A stretch of DNA of 64,000 nucleotides. It comes from Octopus sinensis (taxonomy: Eukaryota). Where the stretch lies: the NCBI RefSeq assembly GCF_006345805.1, contig NC_043004.1, positions 102,796,001 through 102,860,000 of the forward strand. Reading direction: 5' to 3'. The notes beneath the pieces were generated by a model, which worked only from the letters and a program-made list of their open reading frames with translations, searched no databases and was not told the DNA's origin. Positions 50,771 to 63,585 of this stretch are shown piece by piece (within the stretch, counting starts at the first letter, position 1; each line of letters starts with the position of its first letter). The position numbers and the translations under genes were made by a program.

Positions 50771-51660
50771 GTTGGGTAGATTTGAGATAAGAATAGTCTC
50801 AACAGCTGTTTGGGGTGTGTTAGTGTGTCTTAATGTTTTATTTTTCTATATAGATTTGCTTCTGTACATTCGTTTATGCACAATTATAAGTGTGTAGATG
50901 GTCTTAAAGATTACGTCTAATGTCACTTGTACATATATTGTATAAGCCTGAGACCGATGAGCTAAAGAATTAAATTAAAAGTGTAGAAGGATAACTAAGA
51001 GATGAAGTGACTCTCGGTAATGTCATGGCTACTATCAAATTCCACCGGAACAGAATAACTGAAAGATATTGTTTAGTGAAATGAAGATTTGGGTGGGAAC
51101 AATCTACACAGTAACAGTCATCCATTAACTGCAGTTCCCACCTACACTAAGATAAACTGTTTACACTGATGAGTCAGCTGTAGTGAAATGTTGAAACATG
51201 TCATAAACATTGTGAAATACTGCAGTATATTACTTTCTGTTATACACTGCAGCCAAGCAATATCTACAGACTACTGTTGAGGAACCTCTATGTGGCTGTT
51301 CATCCTACTAGAAATAACAGCTATATCACCCTCAAATCCTAATTTACTGGCTTCAAAATGGAAGGACACATTAGACAGTGTAATCCTGGATCAGGACTAC
51401 ATTAAGGAAGGATGATCAATACTTTGATGACGAAGGTTTGCCTGATCAGAAGTGACCTGAGGTTAAAGGAAAGCAACCTTTGGAGGTAGATTCCATCCGT
51501 TGCTCTGTTTAACACTACCACCCTGCACCTGAGTGCTTTTAATAGACTCCACTCTACCGCAACGATCTGAACCAAGTTTCTGATCAGAAAAAAAAAATCC
51601 CCATAAACGGTAGTTTTCTTCCCCACCTTTTACCCCATGTCAAAGGACTTCTCTCTTCAG

Positions 51661-52060
51661 TTTACTCTTTTATTCTTTTACTTGTTTCAGTCATTTGACT
51701 GCAGCCATGCTGGAGCACCGCCTTTAGTCGAGCAAATCGACCCCGGGACTTATTCTTTGTAAGCCCAGTACTTATTCTATCGGTCTCTTTTTACCGAACT
51801 GCTAAGTGACGGGGGACGTAAACACACCAGCATTGGTTGTCAAGCAATGATAGGGGAACAAACACAGACACACAAACGTACATATAAATATATACATATA
51901 CACGACAGGCTTCTTTCAGTTTCCGTCTACTAAATCCACTCACAAGGCATTTGTCGGCCCGGGGCTATAGCAGAAGACACTTGCCCAAGATGCCACGCAG
52001 TGGGACTGAACCCGGAACCATGTGGTAGGTTAGCAAGCTACTTACCACACAGCTACTCCT
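51661..52060 (-). mobile_element. tRNA-derived SINE family A
   Basis: Near-identical to 31291-31695. Confidence 0.9.
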
Positions 52061-52257
52061 AAACAATATCCATTTTGGATATCCATATCTAACATGTCTT
52101 ATTCTTTGCACAACAGCCTATAGTTTAAAGCAGGGTGCTCTGTGCAACTCACAAAAGGATACAAAACAAATACTTTATAAGAAGCAACAGTGGAAACATG
52201 GATTGCAGATGCTATAGTGAAGGTAACCTGTCTAAAGAAGCAGTAACTCAGTATATA

Positions 52258-52665
52258 TATTTCTTTACTACCCTCAAGGGGCAAAATATAGAGGGGACAA
52301 ACAAGGACAGACAAATGGATTAAGTCGATTACATCGACCCCAGTGCGAAACTAGTACCTTATTTATCGACCCCGAAAGGATGAAAGGCTAAATCTACCTC
52401 GGCGGAATTTGAACTCAGAACGTAACGTCAGACGAAATAACTGTTTCTTTACTGCCCACAAGGGGCTAAACACAGAGGGGACAAACGGATCAAGTCGATT
52501 ACATCTACCCCAGTGCGTAACTGTTACTTAATTTATCGACCCCGAAAGGATGAAAGGCAAAGTCTACCTTGGTGGAATTTGAACTCAGAACGTAACGTCA
52601 GACGAAATACCGCTAAGCATTTCGCTCGGGGCGCTAACGTTTCTGCCAGCTCGCCACCTTGATTA
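52258..52665 (-). mobile_element. Head-to-tail dimer of SINE family B inside one 14-bp TSD
   Basis: Two units; TSD taactcagtatata at 52244-52257 and 52666-52679. Confidence 0.88.
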
Positions 52666-52999
52666 TAACTCAGTATATAGATTAATATAGGATAGAGAGA
52701 ACTCTTTATTCCTAACAAACAACCTCTCTAGTGCTAGGTAGCACAGTAAAATGCATCCAGTCTCCACACAGTGATATTGTTGATGATAGGACAGGCATCT
52801 AATCATAAGAACCATGTCATGTACAATAATACAGACTGGTGGATTTCTCTGTTGTTGGGCGCAACATATGTTAAAGAGTCTGAGAAGATGCAGTGCAACA
52901 CATGTATGTATACAAAACAAGTATAAAATAATAATGATGCTGAAGATAATTAAGAAATAACCCATCATAAATGATGATGGAAGGAGAATATTATTCCAA

Positions 53000-53410
53000 A
53001 TATATAATAATAATATAATAATGAAATTATTGTATAGTGCTCAGGTGCACCACAACTTGTCAGAAAGTGCATATAAAGTACATGCAGTAATGTAAAAATG
53101 TCTGGAAAGCGAACAATGTATGAGTCAGATAGATGCCCGTGTGTGTATGGAGGGGAGAAAATCAGGTGTAGCGTTGGCGAATCTCAGAAAGCATGGAAGT
53201 TTTGAAGGATTCAGTACTCCGACAACTAACAACTGATGCCGGCAGTTTGTTCCATGCTTCAGCAACTCTCAGCGTGAAAAAATGTTTCCTGAAGTCATGG
53301 GAGCTGTGCTGTTTTCTGACTTTGTAAATATGTCCACGGGTGTTAGATGGGTGGAGTTTGAAAAGGTGCTCAGAGTTATTGTTTGTACGATGGTTGATAA
53401 TTTTATGGGT
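53000..53410 (-). mobile_element. CR1-type LINE 3' end
   Basis: Colinear with 50415-50770 (gcagtttgttccatgcttcagcaactct). Confidence 0.7.
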
Positions 53411-55187
53411 AAGAGTGAAGGCTTATATTATACAAAATAAAAATTCTTTGCTCTGTAATTCCTTATTTATAGAGGTTGGGATGTAGCTGATTGTTTAATT
53501 AAATGGAAGATGTAATGAATGATATATGCCAAAAATTTCTAATCATTTGAAATATCCCATTTAGTTACAAAATTCTTATGGCAACTGGTAGCAGCTTTTA
53601 AGGGTAAGGGGAGATAATTTCTAGAAATTCAGAATCAATCTTTTGGTTAATTTACGTGCTTAGCAGGAGGAAAGCCACATACACGTTTATATTGATCTCA
53701 GTATTTTACTGGTACCTGTTTTATTGATCCCAGGGAGGATGAATAGTGGGGTTAGCATGATTGTAATTCAGAATGTACCGAAATGTCTTTTGCTTGCCAC
53801 TCAATTAGTTCTTGCCCAACAGGTTTTATAATTAATCAAAATATTATTTTGAAGATCTACGACTCTCAACAAGTTTATCTTATCAGAATGATATAAAGAA
53901 AAAAAAATTGTGATTTTGGAATGGAAAATAGGATCATATTGCTTAGCACTCAGTTAACCTTGATAGAGTAAACTTCTCATCAAAAATATTCCAGTTGTAA
54001 TTATCCCAGCAATTTCTGACAGTATGTGTTGGTCTACTAATCTTATGTCTTTTTTTTATGACACGAGGATGTGACTAGGGGGAGATTTAGCTATTTCTGA
54101 CATGTTGAGCAATATCACAGACTTGATATGCTTCTATTAGGGTCCAAGTCTGATATAGGTCCCTTTACCATGGCTGTAGTCCATACTGATGTGGAGTGAG
54201 AGATTTGAAAGCTGTGTCATTATTAGCACTATCATGCTCCCAGTTTAAGGCCATGACTTAAGCCCACACAAGGACTTGAACTCCTGAATAAATACAAACC
54301 ATTAAATTGCTCTTTACCAAAGCTAGCCCTTTCACAACATTAGTATCAAGTTTCTTGATGTCTCTGTTTGCCTAGTGTTAGATTATCCATGACTAGCAAA
54401 GGACACCATAGTGCAGTGTTGGTTGCAGAATAAAAACCATTTAACCTTTGGCTGGTTCTTTGATACTGTTGTCTTAGCCATCCATGGTTCCACCAAAATT
54501 CAAAGGACAGGGACGATAAGATGCTATACTTTTAGAATATGTGTTGTGAGTTCAAGTATGATCAATAGTACTGTACAGTCAACAAAATATTGAACTCATT
54601 GTTTCACTTACAAGATACGAGCCAATGGGGAAATATCTCTATGTTCTTTAAACTTAATTGAAACATCACTCAAATTTCCATTAAACTACATCCTAAAAAA
54701 ATCAAAAAGGACAGGACACGTTGCATAATAAAACTCTAGATTGGTCATGAGCAAACTGTGACCCACAGGACTTTCTGAATAGCACATCAAGGAAAAACTG
54801 TCGGAAATTTTTTTTAGCAGTGCAGCTGTTTCTCAAAATGGTTGCTCACACCTGTCCTAGATAATACTTAACAGGACAATATGGACATGGTTCAATTGCC
54901 TCTGAATCATTTGTATGATCAGGGCTGATAGAGAATGAGCTAATACAGAAGATTCTACATTGTAAATTCAGAAAGAGCAGCCAAATCTCTCTCAGATCAC
55001 ACCCTAATAAAAAAGAAAAAAAAAGCACCAGTCAAATTTATGGGATTATGTTGATAACACTTCTCCCTAAAATGTGTAGGCTTATGTTAATGTCTGAAAA
55101 TATTAATAGGGATGGAGGGCAAAGGTAAAGAATATGCACACCTAGTGGTTAGGGTTATGCCAAAAACAGGGTGTGTATATTCTTTAC

Positions 55188-55450
55188 ATCATCATCGTTT
55201 AGCGTCCGCTTTCCATGCTAGCATGGGTTGGACGGTTCTACTGGGGTATGTGAAGCCAGAAGGCTTCATCAGGCCCAGTCAAATCTGGCAGTGTTTCTAC
55301 GGCTGGATGCCCTTCCTAACGCCAACCACTCCGTGAGTGTAGTGGGTGCTTTTTACGTGCCACCCGCACAGGTGCCAGACAGAGCTGGCAAACGGCCACG
55401 AACGGATGGTCTTTTTATGTGCCACCGGCACGAGGGCCAGGCGAGGCTGG
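55188..55450 (-). mobile_element. RTE-type 3'UTR/(GAT)n-tailed repeat
   Basis: Family motif. Confidence 0.75.
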
Positions 55451-56954
55451 AGAGCAAGTACATAACATGGGTTTCCTATTTTCAAATTTCACTGAGGTTG
55501 ATTGTGTTCCCTTCAAACTGTGGGAAGAGAAAAAGAAATCCCCCTTCTGAGGTCCATAATGTGTCCTGTTCTTTTCAATACTTTAGGATGTGATTTAATG
55601 GAAATTTGAGTGATGTTTCAATTAAGTTTAAAGAACAGAGATATTTCCCCATTGGCTCATATCTTGTAAGTGAAACCCAAATTTCTGGCCTCAGGTATGT
55701 GTCGGAAATTATTATAAAAGGTGATGGATTAACAAAATCGTTAGAGTACTGTATTTGTTCTGGCTCTCAAGATTCCGAGTTTAAATCCCCTTGAATTCAA
55801 CTAAGCCATTCATTCTTTCAAAAGAGGCTCAAGAAAAATAAAGTACCATGGACTTAATCCACTAATCTGTTCTTCCTATTTATGGCTTGTGCCTATGTAT
55901 AAATTGTTATAATCAAAAGAATTATGGGCTGGCAATTCATTAAACTGGACAAGATACCTTGTGGTATTTTATGGCTTTTTACTTTTGAGTTCCAATTCTG
56001 CTGAGGTCAGTTTTGCTTTTCGTCCTTCTGGGGTTAAAGTACCAATAAAGTACTGGATGTGGAGTTTGAGTCTTCTCTTCTGTCCTCACTTCAGAGTATC
56101 ACAGTGACTGACTCATTGTTATGAAACACTCATAACAAGGAAGTGTGGTGATATAGCAGTATTCTTATATTGATAAGCATTAGAAAATTAATGGATCTTC
56201 CCAAATAATTTACTGATCCATTGATAATTTACATATCTGCCTTTATGAAAGAGTAAGAAAGTAACTCTTACACCTAGAGTTCATCCATATTGCCTTGCTA
56301 GAATAGGTTGAAAGAATACTCATTATTAAGGCATTATTTTCTAACAGCCAGATGCTTTTCCTGTCACTAACCATTACATGTTTTTCAAGACATTCCTTTA
56401 TTCCATTTGTCTTTGAAAGTGCATGGCTATGACGCTATTTCTTTACAGGAAATGTCAACATCATTATCATTTAACATCCATTTTCCACGCTGGCATGGGC
56501 TGGACGGTTTGACAGCACCTCTTCAGACTCCAATTGTCTGTTATGTGCATGGTTTCTACAGCTGGATGCCTTTCCAGTTGCCAATCACTTTAGAGTATGC
56601 TGGGTGCTTTTTTCACGCCATCAGCATTATGTACTTTTACACAGTACCAGCACAAGTGCCTTTTATGTGGTTCTAGAACCAGTAAAAGACAAACCTGTAT
56701 GTGTGGAGGACCGCAATTTTACTTAGCTTGATGCGTCTTCTCAGGCACAGCGAATTGCCACATTTCCTGGTCCCTTGTCATCTCCTAAATGAGGCCCAGC
56801 ATCTGAAGATCCTTTCTCACCACTTCATCCCATGTCTTTCTGGGTCTAACCCCTTCCACAGGCTCCCTCCACAATTAGTCACAAATTTTGCTCAAGTGCT
56901 TTGTTTTTTTTTGTGTGAAAATGTTAACATTCATACACATGTGCACACTTACAT

Positions 56955-57130
56955 ATGAGGGGTCCCTGAAAAGATCCTGGCTTTAAGGGTATTATGAAAG
57001 GCCTGGTTGGAGGCCCGCTGCAATAAATGTGTGAATCTGAGAGGCAAATATGTTGGGTAAAAATCAGAATTAATTGATCCTCCTCTATTTTCTTTTACCC
57101 AAAGCCAGGAACTTTCCAGCATTTCCTAGT
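56955..57130. mobile_element. Mariner-like MITE
   Basis: gagggg..ctgaaaagatcctggcttt / aaagccaggaactttccagc inverted termini. Confidence 0.55.
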
Positions 57131-58265
57131 ACATAATGGACTTCCTTACAGTTTCCATCAACCATTTTCACTCGCAAAGCTTTAAATGATCTGGAGCTAA
57201 ACAGTGAAATAGATTGAAACCATGTAGCAACAAAGCAAACTGTACCTACACAGCCTGCAACAGAAAACCATGAAGACATTAAAAAAAATAGGATGTAAGA
57301 AGTAATAATAAAATGCAAAGTATTTTTTGAAAGTTTTATTTCTTCAAGGATACACATATTTCAACTGCAGTTACCCGCAGTAAGAGTGTGTGTTCCATGA
57401 TGAAATTTTGACCAGTAGGTGTCTGGACAGCAGGTGTTCCCAAAGTTTGTATGGTCACCAATCTAATCCCCTCTGACCACCTTGTTACAGAGATTATTAG
57501 ACTAATCAAAATGCAATAAATAAAATAGAAGAAATAATTTTAGATGAAGTTTGTGAGAAGCAAGGGAGAAACTTGCACACTGGAAAAATCCATGACTCAA
57601 GGATTAATAAATAAATAGATAGAAAGCTCTGTTGTAATGAGGAAGTTGCACTATTCTGGTAAGACTGAGAAACTATGAAACTAATTTAGTTAACCTTTAG
57701 GGAAAAAAAAAAATTAGTGAAAGGTAATTATATCATGGCAGAAATTGTGGTTGAAGTGTTCATATAATTTAGAAAAAAAAAAGTTCTCATATAAATAAAA
57801 TTTGCTTGAGAACTAACAAATTAAGTTTATCCACAAAGTTAGGCTTCTTATTGAAAATAAAAATGAAGCAAATCTGCAAAGGATTAGCTTTGAATTTTCT
57901 AGATACAATTTTACTGGAAACTAGATTAAGTTTCATGTTTGAGAAAATAACCAGTTGAGCATTAAATGATATATTTTAACTGAGCATAGTAGTTTCAAGC
58001 TGCAGTTAAGACTAAGATATGGGGTTAAGAGTTTTCAAAAAAATATTTCTAGCATTGAGAAGATAAATAAACATGAATGAATAGCAAAGTAAAAATATGA
58101 TTCTACTTTGCTTTTAAATATATTCCATTTTACCACAGATAGTGTTTCTGCCCTAGATTATCAGCATATAAGTACAGCTGCTGTCTATGCACTTTACATG
58201 TTCACCATGCACATCACATTATAAATGGCATTCAGTCATTTAGTTGATATATGTGTGTATGCATG

Positions 58266-58306
<41 letters not shown>

Positions 58307-59207
58307 AATATTTTTTTATATTTATTCTAATTTGTTAGTCAAACATATGAAGAATAGATTTTGAAGTTCAGAACAAAAGAATTAAAAATTTTAGATTGTC
58401 CATGTAATTAAAGTTTAATTAAAAAAATGTTAGAAATTAAGAGAATGATATTATGATGCTTTAAATAAATGCAATTAAATAATATGTACAAAGACAATAT
58501 GTTCTTCATATACAAAATTGGCAGGAACAATTCCAATATGCCAACTACTTAAAAAATAAATATATATATAATTTAAGAACTGTTGAAAGTACAATTCTTT
58601 GGTAAAAGCAGAGTGAAGTAATAAAGTATTATCATTCTTTTAATCCAGCAGAATTTAGAAAAAGGTAAATAACTGCTAATGGTTCCAGTAGGAACCATTG
58701 AGAAGAAAATCAACTGATAATATTTTGAGAGATAAAATGTTTCTGAAGTAAACGGTTTGCTTTTTATAAAGGGAATTTTGAGGGATGGGCGAGAGGGGAA
58801 AAAGTGAAATATGTATATATATATACACAAAGAAAGAGGGAGAATAATCAATTCGACAATGTCTAAAAGAGTCGAATGATAAAATAATGGGGGATGGAGA
58901 TCTATAGCTAGAAGTTAAAATGCCTAATGTAAAAGCTGGCAGCTAATAAAGGCTGACAGGATCAATGTTTTAATGATAAAAGTTGCTGCATAGAGAAAAG
59001 GGGAAAGAAAAAAGATTTAAAGGGGAAAAAGTTTGTTTAGTGTTTGTAACAGCCAAATATTGCTGGCATAAAATATGCCATAAAAAAAAATATACTAGGG
59101 AAAATATCTAGAAGCTGTTAAGATTTACAGAGAATGTTAGCGTGCAAGTTATCCTAAAGCCTTCCCACAAAATTTTTCTGTCTTTTTTTTTTAATTACAA
59201 GAGTCAT

Positions 59208-59213
59208 TTTATT
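59208..59213 (-). promoter_or_regulatory. Candidate ODC polyadenylation signal
   Basis: First AATAAA seen on the minus strand, ~310 nt after the ODC stop; other hexamers occur further downstream. Confidence 0.3.
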
Positions 59214-59522
59214 AAATTAAATAAAAAAAAAAAAAAAAAAAAAACAGAAACAAAATGTTGATTAACCAAAGATTAAATTCAAACTAAAATATTTAGTGAA
59301 GGAATATTTAAATAATCTAAGTTATCTCCCTTATGCCGATCTATTTTTTGAGGTTGACACAGAGGCAGTTCAAGAGTTGTAAAAACAAGGGAAAAAATAT
59401 AGGAAAACGTAAAAGAAGTTTGATATATTTAAATAATCGACTCAGTTATAAACTGATTCTAACTATTAGCGTCTGCAAATGGAGTGTCCAATGAACTTGT
59501 AAGAGGTAATCAGAGGTCAAGT

Positions 59523-59622
59523 TTAGATATTTGAAATCTCTAATGATGCTAAATCATCCTCAAAATTAGTGACACGACGACTTTTCAAGTCACAGTTCTG
59601 CTCCTTCCAATCGAATCTGTTC
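59523..59622 (-). CDS. ODC1: Ornithine decarboxylase, predicted terminal coding exon
   Basis: Acceptor ttttccatttggttgtag|G completes the split Trp codon (TG|G); reads NRFDWKEQNCDLKSRRVTNFEDDLASLEISNI*; support is phase and splice signal only, no homology. Confidence 0.65.
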
Positions 59623-59729
59623 CTACAACCAAATGGAAAACAACAAAAATTAATAAATCGTTCAACACAACAACACACACACACACAATATCTGCACACA
59701 ATACTCTCATCCTCCTTAGTCACAGAAAT

Positions 59730-60114
59730 AGGAGTGGCTGTGTGGTAAGTAGCTTGCTTACCAACCACATGGTTCCAGGTTCAGTCCCACTGCATGGAAC
59801 CTTGGGCAAGTGTCTTCTACTATAGCCTCGGCCAACCAAAGCCTTGTGAGTGGATTTGGTAGACAGAAACTGAAAGAAGCCCGTCGTATATATGTATGTA
59901 CATATATATGTGTGTGTGTATGTTTGTCCCCCTAGCATTGTTTGACAACCGATGCTGGTGTGTTTATGTTCCCGTTACTTAGCGGTTCGGCAAAAGAGAC
60001 CGATAGAATAAATACTGGGCTTACAAAGAATAAGTCCTGGGGTCGATTTGCTTGACTAAAGGCGGTGCTCCAGCATGGCCGCAGTCAAATGACTGAAACA
60101 AGTAAAAGAGTAAA
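59730..60114 (+). mobile_element. tRNA-derived SINE family A in the last ODC intron
   Basis: ggagtggctgtgtggtaag head, ggttcagtccc B-box-like, ccttgggcaagtg core, internal TA/TG repeat, gtaaaagag tail. Confidence 0.9.
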
Positions 60115-60733
60115 TCTCATAACTAATAAACTACAGCCACAAATTTCTCATGAAATTCTTGCAGTGGATTCAAACTCACAGGCTATTGGTCCAATACATT
60201 CTACTTAACCCAATTCACTTCTATAATGAAAGTGGAATCAACTTAGTTAACCCCTCCTGTATCGTTTTGTAAATCCAGTTATAAACGAGACATCAATTAT
60301 GTTCAGACAATGGATTTTTCCAGTTTGCCATTTGTAAAGCAGTAGAATTAGATTTGATAATCCAAAGTTATTTGTTACACCAGCTCCAAACTGAACTGAA
60401 AATTTTCAGATTACAATTAAAATGGTTTGATTGATTAAATACATTTTGATATTTAGCTTTCTCCTCGCTATTCTGAATTCAAAACCTTACTGGGATGAAT
60501 TTAGCCTTCCACTTTCCTGAAGTCAATGCAATAAATATCAGTAAAGTTGCAGTCCATATAAATTCTGCGTTGATGCTCAACTCAGAAATCTTAGTTAGAA
60601 CTTTCAGCAGAGTATTAACTGACAGTGAACAATGGACAGAGAACACTAAGTACAATTAAGATAATGAAGTTTATTGTATCACTGCAAAATCGCCCTCCCA
60701 TGAAAATGTTACAATTAGAAGTAAAGTCCTTAC

Positions 60734-60948
60734 CAAATCTCTCGATCGCAGTAGTAGTAGTGTATTGGTTCAGGCATACCATTGAATTGAGAAGACACAC
60801 AGAAAGTGTATGCTCCCATATTCTCAAAGTAAAGCCAATCACCAACTTTCATAGCTGGAAGCTGACAGTCCGTCAGGATACAGTCCAAGCCATCACAAGT
60901 AGGGCCCCAAACACTAGAGCTGTACAACATATCGACATCAGACAGGTC
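60734..60948 (-). CDS. ODC1: Ornithine decarboxylase internal exon (catalytic Cys motif)
   Basis: [14 protein letters not shown]...[14 protein letters not shown]...FNG; acceptor ttcttgcag|, donor TG|GTAAGG; 215 nt. Confidence 0.95.
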
Positions 60949-61167
60949 CTGCAAGAAGGAGAAAAGGAAATGGATGTTATTAGATAAATGTTCCAGCAAT
61001 AATGTTAAATATTAAGTCAGTGGGAACAGGCTTTCCACAACCATAAAAAGTAGGATCATTGAAGAAAAAGGGAAAAAGCAAGCTCAGGTATGAAGGTTAA
61101 GAAATAAATATGAAATACTGGCTCTAATATTGATTATGTGAAACGTTTTCTCCCCATTTGACTTTAA

Positions 61168-61388
61168 CCCTTAAGTGTTCGCATTATTCTGCCAAAATTA
61201 ATGCCTTTTCATCCACATTGCCTTGAACTAATCAGGCATTATCTTGTAGCTATGAGATTTTGATGAGGTAGCTGTTAATTTTTAAAACGATATTGTAGGG
61301 TTGGTGTGAGAGACCAAATCTGGCCAGTTTGAACATAAAACAGGCAGAATACTTTTGGCTGGATATGGCCGGTTTAAATGCTAAAGGG
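61168..61388. mobile_element. piggyBac-type MITE in an ODC intron
   Basis: TTAA|CCC...GGG|TTAA; same family as 614-832. Confidence 0.8.
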
Positions 61389-62624
61389 TTAAATCAGTAT
61401 TGCAAGGCACTACTTTTGAAAGAAAATCTGAAAATAAGCACCAAATACATCAGCTCAGCATTTTAAAGGTATCTTCTATTGTAGCTCCTGGAGCCATTGA
61501 AATAAACATGGGATCCAGACGTAAGCACAGATCAATCATTGAAGCAGAAAATAAAAGATATTTAACATTGGCAGTGAAAGATCACAGAATAAACTCATAT
61601 GATTAGCAGATATTTACAGGTGTAGAGAAACCCCTGATATATCCAATTACCTAACCAATTTCATTCCAAGAGTGTCATTTCCTTTACCATGCACCAAATA
61701 CTTTGGTTATAATAAAGTTTCATGAAGTAAACAAAAAGGGAGAAATAAACAGCTACAGAAGTTAGGCGACTGATTCTAGGGGTCTCACACATTTGCTCAA
61801 CCTCCTAGAAATAGCATTCAAGTCTGCTTCAAATTACACCCTGTTGCTTTTGAAAGTTGAGGGACACATTGAATAATGCACTCCTAGATACGTAATGCCT
61901 AAAGAGGAGGATAGCAAAAGCATAGCTTGAATGTCAGATCATAAGCCTGCTCAGTAAGGGCAACCTTGAGATAAACAACTGATGAAATCAATTAATAGTA
62001 TTTTTTAATTAGATCAACTAAAAACACAACCTTCAATGAATGTTTAACACTTTAGAAGAGAAGTAACCAGAGTTGTGGATGAAATGGAGACTTTTAGATG
62101 AAATTTTCAAGAATGAAATTATAATGTCAGAAAACTGTAAATGATGGTCAGTAGGATCTAGGAAGATACAAAGCAATCAACTTCATCCAAGTTTTCAGGA
62201 CATAGATGTAATAATTAGAGTATTTAACATCTTTATTATTGCATTCAGTGGTCAAAAACCCAATCCCTACAACTAGTGTCAATCTGAACCATGGGTTCAA
62301 ATTTGGCAACAGCCACTATGTTTTAAGCAACATAGATAATTAGTTTGTGTCAGCCCAAATAGCTGAGAAATAATATCTTTTTCCCATTTTATAGTTGTAT
62401 AATAGTGGCCATTTGTAAATAAGAACGCAAAACTATTAAAAATATACAAATTTAGTTTGCGAACGTTTTGTTCTGCTTTGCTGAGACTCCATGTTCTCAG
62501 ACCTAAAGGGTAGCGACAGAAAAGAGGAAGACGGAAGGAAGAAACATTTAGTTTAAGAAATAGGGATCATGTGGAAGGATTTTGGAGTTTACAAAGCAAG
62601 TGGAAACTAAAAGGGACATCTCAC

Positions 62625-62651
62625 CTTATCCTTGTTCCATGATGAACAAAC
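62625..62651 (-). CDS. Candidate 27-nt alternative microexon of ODC (VCSSWNKDK)
   Basis: tgctttttctcag|GTTTGTTCATCATGGAACAAGGATAAG|gtgaga in a phase-0 intron; stop-free; no transcript evidence available. Confidence 0.4.
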
Positions 62652-62970
62652 CTGAGAAAAAGCAAGTAACTTGCTTAAGAAATGCTAAACGATGAAGAAC
62701 TGAAGGCAAATTTCATCAATAAAACTTATTCAGTAGTCTGTACCATTTTGTCAACTTGCTAAAGTTCAGGACATTTTTTCAATGTGTGCATGTTATTGTG
62801 AGGCTATAGTAATCTAATGGCAATGTGATGTGCAGCTATGGTAATTCCTATCTTTTTGTATCCAAGAAGATAGACCCAACTTTCATTGGATAAAAATAGG
62901 TAATTTATGTATGAATATAGAGGAAAAGAAAATACATATAGAAGAGAAAGAGATACAAAGAGATATTTAC

Positions 62971-63095
62971 CTGGATTACACTCGGAAACACTTTGGCATG
63001 GTCCAGCAAGATACAGTTGAAGGAGCCATAAACACCATCATTGACATAGTACATGAAATGGGGTTCGTCATTTGCATCCGGCTCCCTGTCTGCAC
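62971..63095 (-). CDS. ODC1: Ornithine decarboxylase internal exon (substrate-specificity region)
   Basis: [21 protein letters not shown]; donor CAG|GTAAAT; exon starts at 63095 or, alternatively, 63089. Confidence 0.92.
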
Positions 63096-63585
63096 CTTCA
63101 AAGAAAAGAGCCTCTTTAATAAGCAAAATAGTGACAGTAGATGACCACAAGAAACAGGGGAATTTCAAAAGGTTCAGCATACAATATAACCAGTATATTT
63201 ATTTGGATATTTCAAAATTCAATTGTAAATGTATGCAACATTTATCAAACATTAACAGTTAGGGACACCATGGAGAAAAAAATAGCTAGAAGCTGCCATT
63301 AATTTAATGTTACAATGCTATGTACATGAGCTTAATGGTACAACACAATGCTGTTGGCAAGTTTAAACCTCGGGTTAATAACCCATTAAGTATATTCAAG
63401 AGACGAACAACAACAACAAAATATTTAAAAACATACATACTTTGTTTCACTGTTCTATAAAGCTGACAAACTCTTTTCGACTCACCTAACTATGTTCACG
63501 CTAAAGGCATCGATGGGAAAGTTACTCGTATCATTAATTTAAATTACCCAAGTAAAATGCCCCCCCTCCCACTAAAAACCTTTAC

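Noticed and set aside
60734-63095. Alternative call as antizyme inhibitor (AZIN)
   Set aside because: [16 protein letters not shown], the D332 equivalent and MGAYT are intact and fit ODC better; the PLP-binding Lys exon is outside the window, so AZIN is not fully excluded
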